Source of the DNA: Leucoraja ocellata
Lineage: Eukaryota
NCBI GenBank assembly: GCA_036785375.1
Contig: JAWMAR010000388.1
Location: 248,001-312,000, forward strand
Direction: 5' to 3'
Length of the DNA: 64,000 nucleotides
Positions 11,846 to 23,530 of this stretch are shown in pieces (the first letter of the stretch is position 1; each line of letters starts with the position of its first letter). The translations under genes and the position numbers were made by a program. The notes under the pieces are model-generated. The model saw only the letters and a list, made by a program, of their open reading frames with translations, ran no database searches and had not been told where the DNA came from.

Positions 11846-12473
11846 CACACCCCCCTTATATTTGAATGCATTTTATGCCAAAGTTCCAGGAGAAGAGCGA
11901 CCATGTAGGCGCTTTTTACAACCGCCCCTTATACAGTAGCTATCTTCTACAAATAGGTCGTTGTGGTGAACTGTTTGCTCCACCAAGCTCTAAGCAATAT
12001 CACAATGCCTTCTGATATTACTGTCGAATATTCCAAAAAATGTTTCAAAGCAATGAGAGTACACTTGATACAGCTGACACTGGCACAGAGATCAGCAAAG
12101 TACATGGGTATGATTCTGGGCATGGAGTCTAGAACGGGCAAGATGAGACAATGATAGACATTAAGAATTAATCACCAGCATCTAGAGTTAGCTGGGATCA
12201 CATTACTCCAACGGATAGTAAATGAGTTCAGATTGATTTGCCTGTTACCCATCTTGGGCAGCTTTCACTTAGACATTGGTTGGGCCTTTGACGGTGGGTG
12301 AGTGAGGTAGTATCAGCCCCCAAATTAAGAATAGGCCACACAGAGCCACAAAGCCACTCATCCCACTAGTTGGGTATCCTGGACTACTCTCAGCTGATTG
12401 CATTTGGCCCATTCAGTGCACTATCAGGGTAACTGCGACTAAAGTGATTGGGCCCAGAGTACATTGAATAGAG

Positions 12474-13201
12474 GGTATGATGAGGTTGGAAGATTGGTCA
12501 GGCAGGGTGTGGGAATTGATGAAGTCGGTGATGGTGCTAGATATGGTGGCCTGGTGGTCGTCAGTGGGGTCATGGTCCAAGGGTAAGTAGGAGGAGGTGT
12601 CCGAGAGTTGGCGCGTGGCCTCAGCTTTGTAGAGATCGACGCGCCAGACTACCACGGCACCTCCCTTGTCGGCTGGTTTGATGACTCAATCTGGGTTTTA
12701 GCGGAGTGATTCAATGGCAGTGCGTTCAGAGGGGGAAAGATTAGAGTGACACAGGGGAGTGGAGAAGTTGAGGCGGTTGACGTCGCGGCGGCAGTTCTGG
12801 ATAAAGAGTTCCAAAGCCGGGACGTTACGAGGGGGGTTCCACGAGGAGGGGGTGCGTTGGAGACGGGAAAAAGGGTCATCATTGGGTGGCGAGGACTCCT
12901 TCCCATATTCCGCCTGGGGACCTTGCGTCCGGATGGCATAAATGTTGAATTCTCCCAATTTTGGTAGCCCTTGCTGTCTCCTCCCCTTCCTTAACCCTCG
13001 AGCTGTCTCCTCCCATCCCCTTGCCCTCGGGCTCCTCCTCCTCCCTTTTTCCTTCCTTCTCCCCCCCCACCAGTCTGAAGAAGGGTTTCGGCCCGAAACG
13101 TCGCCTATTTCCATTGCTCCATAGATGCTGCAGCACCCGCTGAGTTTCTCCTGCATTTTTGTGTACCTTCGATCTTCCAGCATCTGCAGTTCCTTCTTGA
13201 A
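12474..13201. mobile_element. Penelope-like insertion with inverted 5' part and 14-bp TSD
   Basis: 12474-12906 is - strand ORF sequence; 12904-13201 is the + strand 3' end and pLTR; tacattgaatagag at 12460-12473 and 13202-13215. Confidence 0.9.
13072..13105 (+). ncRNA. Minimal hammerhead motif in PLE pLTR
   Basis: CTGAAGA 13075-13081, stem II GGGT-TTCG-GCCC, GAAACGTC. Confidence 0.72.
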
Positions 13202-13339
13202 TACATTGAATAGAGATTGGGCCTAGTTTCTGTGGCATCACGCTACACCAACACTGAATGGGCCTTGTGTTTTCGGACCTTACGTTGTTTGAATACTGAG
13301 TGGGCCTGGCGTCATGGGCCCCAATATCAGGCCAGTGTT

Positions 13340-15222
13340 TCCCTCCAGTTACCACCTTAGGAGACATAGAGTTAGATGTTTTGCCACAAAAGTGGGAGCA
13401 GTAATATGGCCTGAATAGGCTTCTTCACCCCGGGACCAAATAGAGTCTATGAGGTTCAAAGTAAAAGAAGTACTGACACTTTTGAAAAATATAAAAGTGG
13501 ATAAGTCTCCAGGTCCTGACAGGATATTCCCTAGGACATTGAGGGAAGTTAGTGTAGAAATAGCCGGGGCTATGACAGAAATATTTCAAATGTCATTAGA
13601 AACGGGAATAGTCCCCGAGGATTGGCGTACTGCGCATGTTGTTCCATTGTTTAAAAAGGGTTCTAAGAGTAAACCTAGCAATTATAGACCTGTTAGTTTG
13701 ACTTCAGTGGTGGGCAAATTAATGGAAATGATACTTAGAGAATATATATAAGCATCTGGATAAACAGGGTCTGATTAGGAACAGTCAACATGGATTTGTG
13801 CCTGGAAGGTCATGTTTGACTAATCTTCGTGAATTTTTTGAAAAGGTTACTAGGGAAATTGACGAGGGTAAGGCAGTGGATGATGTCTATATGGACTTCA
13901 GTAAGGCCTTTGACAAGGTTCCTCATGGAAGGTTGGTTAAGAAGGTTCAACTGTTGGGTATAAATGCAGGAATAGCAAGATGGATTCAACAGTGGCTGAA
14001 TGGGAGAAGCCAGAGGGTAATGGTGGATGGTTGTTTCTCGGGTTGGAGGCAGGTGACTAGTGGGGTACCTCAGGGATCTGTGTTGGGTCCTTTGTTGTTT
14101 GTCATGTACATCAATGACTGGATGAAGGTGTGGTAAATTTGGATTAGTAAGTATGCAGATGATACCAAGATAGGGGGTGTTGTGGATAATGAAGAGGATT
14201 TCCAAAGTCTACAGAGTGATTTAGGCCATTTGGAAAAATGGGCTGAAAGATGGCAGATGGAGTTTAATGCTGATAAATGTGAGGTGCTACACCTTGGCAG
14301 GACAAATCAAAATAGGACATACATGGTAAATGGTAGGGAATTGAAGAATACAGTTGAACAGAGGGATCTGGGAATAACCGTGCATAGTTCCTTGAAGGTG
14401 GGATCTCATATAGATAGGGTGGTAAAGAAAGCTTTTGTTATGCTAGCCTTTATAAATCAAAGCATTGAGTATAGAAGCTGGGATGTAATGTTAAAATTGT
14501 ACAAGGCATTGGTGAGACCAAATCTGGAGTATGGTGTACAATTTTGGTCGCCCAATTATGGGAAGGATGTCAACAAAATAGAGAGAGTACAGAGGAGATT
14601 TACTAGAATGTTGCCTGGGTTTCAACAACTAAGTTACAGAGATAGGTTGAATAAGTTAGGTCTTTATTCTCTGGAGCGCAGAAGGTTAAGGGGGGACTTG
14701 ATAGAGGTCTTTAAAATTATGAGAGGGATAGACAGAGTTGATGTGGACAAGCTTTTCCCTTTGAGAATAGGGCATATGGATGAGAAGGGAATGGAGGGTT
14801 ATGGTATGAGTGCAGGCAGGTGGGACTAAGGGAAAAAAAAGTTGTTCGGCACGGACTTGTAGGGCCGAGATGGCCTGTTTCCGTGCTGTAATTGTTATAT
14901 GGTTATATGGAGTCCCTTACCGGGTACATAAAAGTGCACCTGATGTGCTTAGATTCCTGCAGAGGCTCCGGCCAATAGTTTGGTAGAAGCTGGTCATACC
15001 AAGGGTTTGCCGTAGAGCAGGGGGAATGTTCATTCCCAAGAAGAAAGAGTCTCCAGTATTAAATCAGTTTAGGCTATTTGTCTCCTAAATGGAGAAGGCA
15101 AGATTTTCTTTAGCATATTGGCACAGAGGCTAGCAAGTTATTTAGAAAGGAACAGGTTAATTGATACCACAGTGCAGAAAGTAGGTATACCAGGGTTCGC
15201 AGGTTACTTAGAACACATTAGT
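13340..15222 (+). mobile_element. HERO-like (R2 group) retrotransposon RT remnant, split by CR1 (pieces 13340-13447 and 14910-15222)
   Basis: PGPN|GVPYRVHKSAPDVLRFL...RRAGGMFIPK...QFR..CLLNGEGKIFFSILAQRL.SYL..N.LIDTTVQK.GIPGF.G.LEH. Confidence 0.75.
13448..14909 (+). mobile_element. CR1 LINE, subfamily with (TTATATGG)n tail
   Basis: [33 protein letters not shown] and KYADDT motifs; flanked by gagtc. Confidence 0.95.
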
Positions 15223-15225
15223 AAA

Positions 15226-17790
15226 ATATAGAAACATAGAAAATAGGTGCAGGAGGAAGCCGTTCGGCACCCATTCAATATGATCATCCAAAATCATTAC
15301 CCATTTCCTGCTTTCTCCCCATATCCCTTGATTCCGTTAGTCCCAAGCAGTATATATAGCTCTCTCTTGGAAACATCCAGTGAATTGGCCTCCACTGCCT
15401 TCTGAGACAGAGAATTCCACAAATTCACAACTCTTGCTAAAAAAAAAGTTTTTCCTCATCTCAACACTAAATGACCTACCCCTTATTCTTAAACTGTGCC
15501 CCATATGTCTGAACTCCCCCAACATCAGGAACATTCTTCCCGCATCCAGCCTGTCCAAACCCTTAAGAATTGTATATGTTTCTATAAGATCTCCTCTCAT
15601 CCTTCTTAATCCCTTCATTTAAGCCCAGTCGCTCCATTCTTTCATCATATGTCGATCCAGACATCCCGGGAATTAACCCAGTGATCCTACGTTGTACTCA
15701 TTCAATGACAAGAATGTCCTTCCGCAAATTAGGGTCCAAAACTGCACATGATGCTCAGGTGTGTTCTCACCAGTGCCCTGTACAACTGCAGTTGGACCTC
15801 CTTGCTCCTATACTCAAATCCTCTCGCTGTGAAGGACAACTTGCCAGTTGCTTTCTTCACTGCCTGCCTAACCTGTATGCTTACTTTCAGTGACAATTGT
15901 ACAAGGACACACAAGTCTCGTTGCACCTCCCCTTTTCCTAATCTGACACCATTCAGATAATAATCTGCCTTCTTGTCCTTGCCACCAAAGTGGATGACCT
16001 CACATTTATCCACATTATACTGCATCTGCCGTGCATCTGCCCACTCACCCAACCTATCTAACTCACCCTGTAGCCTTAAATAATCCTCCTCACAGCTCAC
16101 ACTACCACCCAGTTCGGTGACATCCGCAAACTTGGAGATGCGAAATTTAATTATTTTGTCTAAATCGTTAATCTATATTGAAAATCCTAGCATTGAGCCA
16201 TGTGGGCACCCCACCCGTCACAGCCTGACATTCTACAACGGGCCCGTTAATTCCTACTCTTTGCTTCCTGTCTGCCAACCAGTTCTCTTTTCAAAGGCCT
16301 TTTGAAAGTCCAGATGCACCACATCCACAGGCTCTCCCTTATCCATTTTCCCTCTTACATACTCAAAAAATTCTAGAAAATGAGTCAAGCATAATTTCCC
16401 TTCATAAATCCATGCTGACTCAGCCCGATTCTGTCACTGCTTTCCAAATGTGCTGCTATTACATTTTTAATAATCGACTCAAGCATCTTCCCTACTACCG
16501 ATGTCAGGCTAACGTCTATAATTCCCTGTTTTCTCTATCCCTTCTTTCTTAAAAAATGGGGTCACATTAGCTACCCTCCAGTTCACAGGAACTAATTGAA
16601 TGTCTATAGAACATTGGAAAATGATCACCAATACATCCGCAATTTCAAGGGTCACCTCCTTGTGTTGTTTCGGATGCAGACCATCAGGCCCTGGGGATTT
16701 ACACGTCTTCTGTCCCAACAGTTTACCTAACAACATTTCCTGAATCATGTGGATTCCCTTCACTTCCTCCCTCCCACTAGATCCTCGGTCCCCTTATATT
16801 TCTGGGAGACTGTTTGTGTCTTCCTTAGTGAAGACAGAACCAAAGTATTTGTTTAACTGATCTGCCAATTTCTTGTTTACCATTATAAATTAACCTGTTT
16901 CTGACTGTAAGGGGCCTATATTTGTCTTCACTAATATTATCCCCGCAAGTTTCCTTTCATGCTCTACTTACCCCACTTAATTAATCCCTTTATCATATAA
17001 CCATATACCAATTACAGCACGGAAACAGGCCATCTCGTCCGTGCCGAACACGTATTCTCCCCTAGTCCCATACACCTGCGCTCAGACCATAACCTTCCAT
17101 TCCCTTCCCGTGCATATAACTATCCAATTTATTTTTAAATGATAAAAATGAACCTGCCTCCACCATCTTCACTGGAAGCTCAGTAAAGAAGTTCCCCCTC
17201 ATGTTACCCCTAAACTTCAGTCCCTTAATTCTCAAGTCATGTCCTCTTGTTTGAATCTTCACTACTCTCAGTGGGAAAAGCTTATCCACGTAAACTCCAT
17301 CCCTCTCATCATTTTAAAAACCTCTATAAAGTCCCCCCTTAACCTTCTGCGCTCCAAAGAATAAAGCCCTAACTTGTTCAACCTTTCTCTGTAACTAAGT
17401 TTCTGAAACCCAGGCAACATTCTAGTAAATCTCCTCTGTACTCTCTCTATTTTGTTGACATCCTTCCTATAATTAGGCGACCAAAATTGTGCACCATACT
17501 CCAGAATTGGCCTCACCAATGCCTTATCCTCCTCTGTTAAATTTTAAATTTCCCCCAGTCCACCGGTTTGCTACTTTGTCTGGACAACTTATATGCCTGG
17601 ATTTAACATTCCCAAATTTCCATCATTTGCCACGGTTGAGCCACCTTCCCTGTTTTATTTTTACACCAGACAGGGGTGAACAATTGGTGCAAATCATCCA
17701 TAGGATCTTTGAATGTTTGCCATTGCATATCTATCATTAAGCCTTTAAGTACATTTGCCAGTTTATCCCAGCCAATTCCCACATCATACC
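15226..17790 (-). mobile_element. Decayed CR1 with nested younger CR1 3' end (16995-17525)
   Basis: RT motifs in ORFs 15337-16763 and 17062-17519; two different tails. Confidence 0.9.
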
Positions 17791-17864
17791 GTCAAAACCT
17801 GATTCAGTTTGATCACAGTTATGAATAGCCATGGCACTAGATTCAGACTGCCAAGCTCGAGAGA

Positions 17865-18133
17865 ACAGGTTTGCATGGCCTTTATAACAAGAAGAGTTGA
17901 GTATAGGAGCAAAGTAGTCCTGCAGTTGTACAGGGCCCTAGTGAGACCACACCTGGAGTATTGTGCACAGTTTTGGTCCCCTAATTTGAGGAAGGACATT
18001 CTTGCTATTGAGGGAATGCAGCGTAGGTTTACAAGGTTAATTCCCGGGATGGCGGGACTGTCATATGCTGAGAGAATGGAGCGGCTGGGCTTGTATACTC
18101 TGGAATTTAGAAGGATGAGAGGGGATCTTAATG
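17865..18133 (+). mobile_element. CR1 fragment
   Basis: LYRALVRPHLEYCAQFWSP. Confidence 0.9.
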
Positions 18134-18150
18134 ATACACATAGTTTCCTT

Positions 18151-18845
18151 GTAAGTAAGTAAATTTTATTTATATAGCACGTTTAAATCAACTCGCGTTG
18201 AAACTAAAGTGCTTTACACAAAAGAAACAATAAAGTTTCCGTACATCTATAGAAAAATTAATAAAGAGAAAAATGACACAACACATTATAGAATTCAACA
18301 AGAACGTCCCTCCCATAACAGAATCAAAAATTTCCACTGTGGGGAAAGGCACCAAAAAGTTAAGTCTTCCTCTGTGAATCACTCGAGGTCGGGGCCCATT
18401 TGTGGCCTCCGCAGCCAGTCCGATGTTTTCAGGCCCTCTTGCCGGGAAGCTGGAACTCCAGCGTCAGGTGAACACTCCTCAGCAGCTTGGAAATGTCAGG
18501 AGCGGCCACTTCCTCCCTGGAGACCGCGGCTCCCGAAGTCCTCAGGCCGCGCTGACTGGAGCTTTGACTCTGGCGATCTCGGATCCCAGGCTCCACGGTG
18601 CTCCAAATCCAGCACCGCCCGCGGCCGGACGCCCGCAGCCACAGCTCCTCGGATGTTAGTTGGTGGTGACCGCACTCCGGAGCTTACCGCACGGCGACCC
18701 GGGTAGGGCATCACCCGCTCCGTGTTGGTGTCCCAGCGTTGTGCCACCGCCAAAGCTGCAGTCCCAGCCGGTACCGACGGGAAACGCAGCTCCAGCCCGA
18801 GGTAGGCCGCGAGGAAGTGGCAAAGAAACAGCTCGGAGGGAAATT
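18151..18845 (-). mobile_element. GC-rich non-autonomous retroelement with L2-like 3' tail
   Basis: Reverse-complement tail tgtaaagcacttt...gtgctatataaataaaatt(tact)n; body partly similar to 52881-53552. Confidence 0.5.
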
Positions 18846-18847
18846 GC

Positions 18848-19057
18848 TTAAGAAGGAACTGCAGATGCTGGAAAATCGAAGGTACACAAAAATGCTGGAG
18901 AAACTCAGCAGGTGCAGCAGCATCTATGGAGCGAAGGAAATAGGCAACGTTTCGGGCCGAATCCCTTCTTCAGACTGATAGGGGGTGGGGGAAGGCAGTG
19001 AGAAGAAAGGAAAAAGGAGGAGGAGCCCGAAGGCGGAGGTAAGAAGGGGAGGAGACA
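18848..19057 (-). mobile_element. PLE pLTR with hammerhead motif (18949-18973)
   Basis: Matches 61307-61540. Confidence 0.85.
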
Positions 19058-19236
19058 CAGGGCTCTCGCTTAACTTTTTTTCCCTGTTGCCAGCCGGGCA
19101 ACATAGGCAGCTTTTTAGGTTGCCAAATGACATTTTAGGTAGTCATTTAAGATGGCTTGCATGAAGCGTGCTCGGACGAAGTGCGCAGTTACCTGTCGGA
19201 ATTATGCATTCACATATTATTGTGAATGCATAGAGG

Positions 19237-19420
19237 AACCCCTCTAAACACCTTTAAACCCGTCTAAACACCTCGAAATACCTCTAAACCCCCCTAAGCC
19301 CCTATAAACCCCTTGAAACTCCTCTAGACTCCTATATGCCCAACGAAACCCCCTCTAAACACTTCGAAACCACTCAAAACCCCCCACACCTCTCTAATCC
19401 CCTCTAATTCTCCTCTAAAC
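19237..19420 (-). repeat. Degenerate ~10-bp (CCCCTCTAAA)n array
   Basis: Reverse-complement version of the 20617-23530 satellite. Confidence 0.8.
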
Positions 19421-19565
19421 TCCACAAATGTCCAGACGGAAGAACAGCTTCGCACATGTAGAAGCTGCAGATGCTGCTTTCAACCGAAGATATACACAAA
19501 AAGCTGGAGTAACCCAGCGTGACAGACAGCATCTGTGGGTAAAAGGGTCTCGAAATGGAACTGTG

Positions 19566-19816
19566 CGAGTCGGCACTGACCAGCGACCCCCACACATAAT
19601 CGATGTCCGACACACACTGGGGACAATTTACATTTAAACCTGTATATCTACACGCCTGCACGTCCTTGGAGTTCGGGAGGAAACCGAAGATGTCGGAGAA
19701 AATCCTCGTGGTCTGGGGGAGAACGTGCACACTCCACACAGACAGCACCCTTAGTCGGGATTGAACCCGCGTCTCTGGCGCTGTCAGGCAGCAACTCTAC
19801 CGCTGTGCCACCGTGC
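19566..19816 (-). mobile_element. HE1-type tRNA-derived V-SINE
   Basis: Reverse complement starts gcacggtggcacagcggtagagttgctgcc...gggttcaatccc (A/B boxes), followed by the V-domain ggtttcctcccgaactccaaggacg. Confidence 0.85.
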
Positions 19817-20010
19817 TGGATAGCTTGAGCTCAGAAACGCAGATATAACATATGTGGTCACAAAACTCTGTAGTAACAGCGGGGCAGGCAGCATCTCTGG
19901 AGAAAATCCACGCGGTCACGGGGAGAACGTATTAACCGCGCAGCCGGCGGTCGTGGTCGCAATCGAACCCGGGTCTGAACCTGTGAGGCAGCAACTCTAC
20001 CGCTGCGCCA

Positions 20011-20214
20011 ATGTTTACTGGTGCCCTCCCCTAATTCCCCATTTAATGATGCGCTCCCCTAATTCCCCATTTAACGTTGCGCTCCCCTAATTCACCATTT
20101 AACGTTGCGCTCCACTAATTCACCATTTAACGTTGCGCTCCACTAATTCACCATTTAACGTTGCGCTCCACTAATTCACCATTTATTGGTGCCCTCCTCT
20201 AATTCCCCATTTAC
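20011..20214. repeat. 28-bp minisatellite, ~7 copies
   Basis: Unit ctaattcaccatttaacgttgcgctcca at 20031, 20059, 20087 and onward. Confidence 0.9.
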
Positions 20215-20326
20215 TGAGACTCGCTCTTTTCGCACCTGGCTCGCAGCTTGTGCGCCCGGCTCGCAGTTTGCGGACGAGGTTCGCACTCTACACTCCAGGC
20301 TCGCCCCTTTCGCACCAGACCCACGA

Positions 20327-20480
20327 GATAGACACAACCCTTTGTAGTCACAACCCTTGGTATGAACACAACTTGGTCGAAACAAAGCTTGGTAGACATA
20401 ACCTTCGATAGACACAACCATTGGTAAACACAACCCTGGGTAAACACATCCCTTGGTAGATACAACCTTTGGTAGACACA
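20327..20480. repeat. ~16-17-bp minisatellite
   Basis: ggtagacacaaccctt-like units, ~9 copies. Confidence 0.8.
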
Positions 20481-20616
20481 GCCAGTGGCGTAGCGTGGGG
20501 AGGAGGGAGGAGGGGGGCGGTTGCCCCGGGCGCTAAATTTTTAGGGGCGCAAAAAAATTGTTGCTCCGAGTCCGGGCCACCGTCCCAGTACCCCGCCGCC
20601 CCCCCCCCCCCCCCAG

Positions 20617-23530
20617 GGGGGTTTACATGGGGTTTACAGGGGTTTAAGGGGGCCTACATGGGGTATACAAGGGGTTTAGATGGACTTACTGGGGTTTAGA
20701 GGGCTTTTTTAGTTGTTTAGAGATGTTTACAGGGGTTTACAGGGGTTTGGGGGGGGGGGGTAGATGGGTTTTGAGGTGTTTAGTGGGTTTTATATGTGTT
20801 TAGAGGGGATTAGAGGGGTTTACAGAGGTTTATAGTGGTTTACAGGCGTTTAGGGTGTTTTAGAGAGGTTTACAGGGGGTTTAGAGGGGTTTACATACGG
20901 GTTACACGTGTTTATAGGTGTTTAGACGGTTTTAGAGATTAACAGGTTTACAAGGGTTGAGAGGAGTTTCCAGTGGTTTTGGGGGTTTACATGGTGTTTA
21001 CATGGTGTTTACATGAGGTTTTAAGGGGTTCAGTGGGCTTTATAGGGGTTTAGAGACGTCTAGAGTAATTAACTGCGGTTTAGATTGGTTTACATGGGGT
21101 TTACATGGTGTTATAGGGGGTTAGATGGCTTTATATGTGTTTGGTTGGCTTTGGAGGGCTATGGATGGATTTAGAGGGGGGTTGCAGGAGTTTGGAGGTC
21201 TCTGGAGAAGTTTAGAGCAGTTTGGAGGGATTTCGAGGGGGTTAGAGGGGGTTAGAGTGGTTCGGAGGGTTTTAGATGGGTTTAGAGGGGTTTAGACCGG
21301 TTTAAAGGGTTTAGAGGGTTTTAGAGATATTTACAGGTGTTTAGTAGGCTTTACAGTGGTTTCGAGGGGTTTACACATGTTTAGATGGTTTTAGAGAGGT
21401 TTATAGGGGTTTACAGGTGTTTACAGGTGGAGAGGGGTATACAGGTGTAGCGAGATTTAGTATGGTTTACAGGGGGTTTAGAGGGTTTTAGAGAGGTTTA
21501 CATGAGTTTAGAGGGGTTTACAGGGATCTAAAGGGGTTTACAGTGGTTTACCAGCGTTTACTGGGGCTTTGTGGGGTCTTTGGAGGGCTTTGAAGGGATT
21601 TAGAGGAGGTTTGCATGGTGTTTGGGGGTGTCTGGAGAGGTTTAGAGCAGTTTGGAGGGGTTTAGAGAGATTTACAGGGGTTTAGCGCGTTTTACAGGTG
21701 TTTACGGGTGTTTACAGGTATTTAGAGAGGTTTAGCATGGTTTAGAGCGGGTTAAAGGATCTTAGAGGTTTAGAGATGTTTTCAGCTGTTGAGTAGGCTT
21801 TACAGGGTTTTAGAGGGGTTTACAGGTGTTTATACGGGTTTACAGGGGTTTAGAGGTCTTTATAGGGTGTTTATAGAGGTTTAGAGGGGGTTACAGGGAT
21901 CTAGAGGGGTTTACAGGCGTTTATTGGGGCCTAGCGGGGTTTACCAGGGGATTACAAGTGTTTAGAGGGTGTTAGAGGGATTTACAGGGGTTAGGATGGG
22001 TATAGAGCGTTTTAGATGGGTTTAGAGGGGTTTACAGATGATTGCGGGTGTTTAGAGGGGGTTTAGATGGCTTTAGAGTGTTTTAGAGAGGTTTACAGGG
22101 GTTTAGGGGTTCTACATGGGTTTACATGGGGGGTTAGAGAGGTTCGGAGGGGTTTAGAGAGGTTCACAGGGGTTTAGAGCGGTTTAGGGGGGTTTGTAGT
22201 GGTTTAGACGGATTTAGAGTTGTTTACAGGGGTTAGAGATGTTTAGAGAGGTTTACATGCGTTTACAATGGTTTACAGGGGTTTAGGGGGTTTTACACGG
22301 GGTTTACAGTGGTTTATGGGGGTTTCCATGGTGCTTACAGGGGGTTTAGATGGGTTTAGAAGGGTTTACAAGGCTTTATAGGGGTTTAGAGAGGTTTATA
22401 TGGGTTTAGAGGGGTTTAGCGGGCTTTATTGCGGTTTATAGGCGTTTAGAGTGGTTCACATGGATTTAGAGCGGTTTACATGAGGTTCAGAGGGAGGGGT
22501 TATAGGGGTTTAGAGGGGTGTGGGGCGGTTTGGAGGGGGCTGGAGAGGTTTTGAGCGGTTTGGTGGTTTAGAGTGGGTTAGTGGTTTGGTGGGTTTTAAA
22601 GATGTTTACAGAGGATTAGAAGGGTTTACAGGGTTTAGGGGTGTTTACATTGGGTTTTCTGGGTTTTAGGGGGGTTTACAGGGGTTTAGGGTTTTTTAAA
22701 TGAGGTTTACAGGAGTTTAGATGAGTTTTGAGGGGTTTAGAGGGCTTTATATATGTTTAGAGGGGATTAGAGAGGTTTACAGACGTTTACAGTGGTCACA
22801 GGTGTTTATAAAGTACTAGAGTGGTTTACAGAGGGTTTAGATGGAGTTTCATAGGGTTTACATGTGTTTATAGGTGCTTAGAGGGTTTTAGAGCGATTTA
22901 CTGGGGTTTTGAAAGGTTTGACAGGGGTTGAGAGAGGTTTACAGTGGTTTAGGGAAGTTTACATGGGTTTTACCAGGGTGTAGTGGGATTACAGGGGGTT
23001 ATAGTATCTTACAGGGGGTTTAGAGGGGGGTTTAGAGGGCTTCATATGGGTTTGGAGGGCTTTGGAAGGGGTTGGAGATATTTAGAGGGGGTTTGCAGGG
23101 GTGTGTAGGTGTCTGGGGAGGTTTAGAGCGGTTTGGAGGCATTTGGAGGTGGTTAGAGGGGTTTGGAGGGGTTTAGAGGGATTTACATCGGTTTAGAGGA
23201 ATTGACAGGTGTTTACACATGTTTAGAGTGGTTTAGAGGTGTTTAGTGGGGTTTAGAGGGTTTTAGAAATGTTTACAGGTGTTTAGGGAGTTTGCGTGGG
23301 GTTTAGAGGGGTTTACCGATGTTTAGAGGGTTTTAGAGAGGTTTACAGGGTGTTTAGAGGAATTTCGACAGGGTTTACCTGTGTGTACAGATGTTTAGAA
23401 GGTTGTACAGAGGTTTACAGGGTTTAGAGTGGTTTACATGTGTGTATATGGGTTTACAGTGGTTTTGGTGGGTTTACATGGGGTTTACAGGGGTTTAGAG
23501 GGTCTTAGGAAGGTTTACACGGGTTTAGAG
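20617..23530 (+). repeat. ~2.9-kb degenerate G/T-rich 10-mer satellite (GGGGTTTAGA / GGGGTTTACA)n
   Basis: Directly visible periodicity and strong strand asymmetry. Confidence 0.95.

Noticed and set aside
12405-13264. 13-bp inverted repeat ggcccattcagtg / cactgaatgggcc as a MITE hosting the PLE
   Set aside because: No TSD and no second copy in the window; support is too weak.
19740-19816. tRNA gene
   Set aside because: It is the tRNA-derived head of a SINE, continuous with the V-domain; the same applies at 35160, 36262, 57130 and 60841.
20617-23530. Ig switch region or true telomere
   Set aside because: It lies 3' of Cmu with no downstream C gene, is poor in AGCT, and the unit is a degenerate 10-mer rather than TTAGGG.
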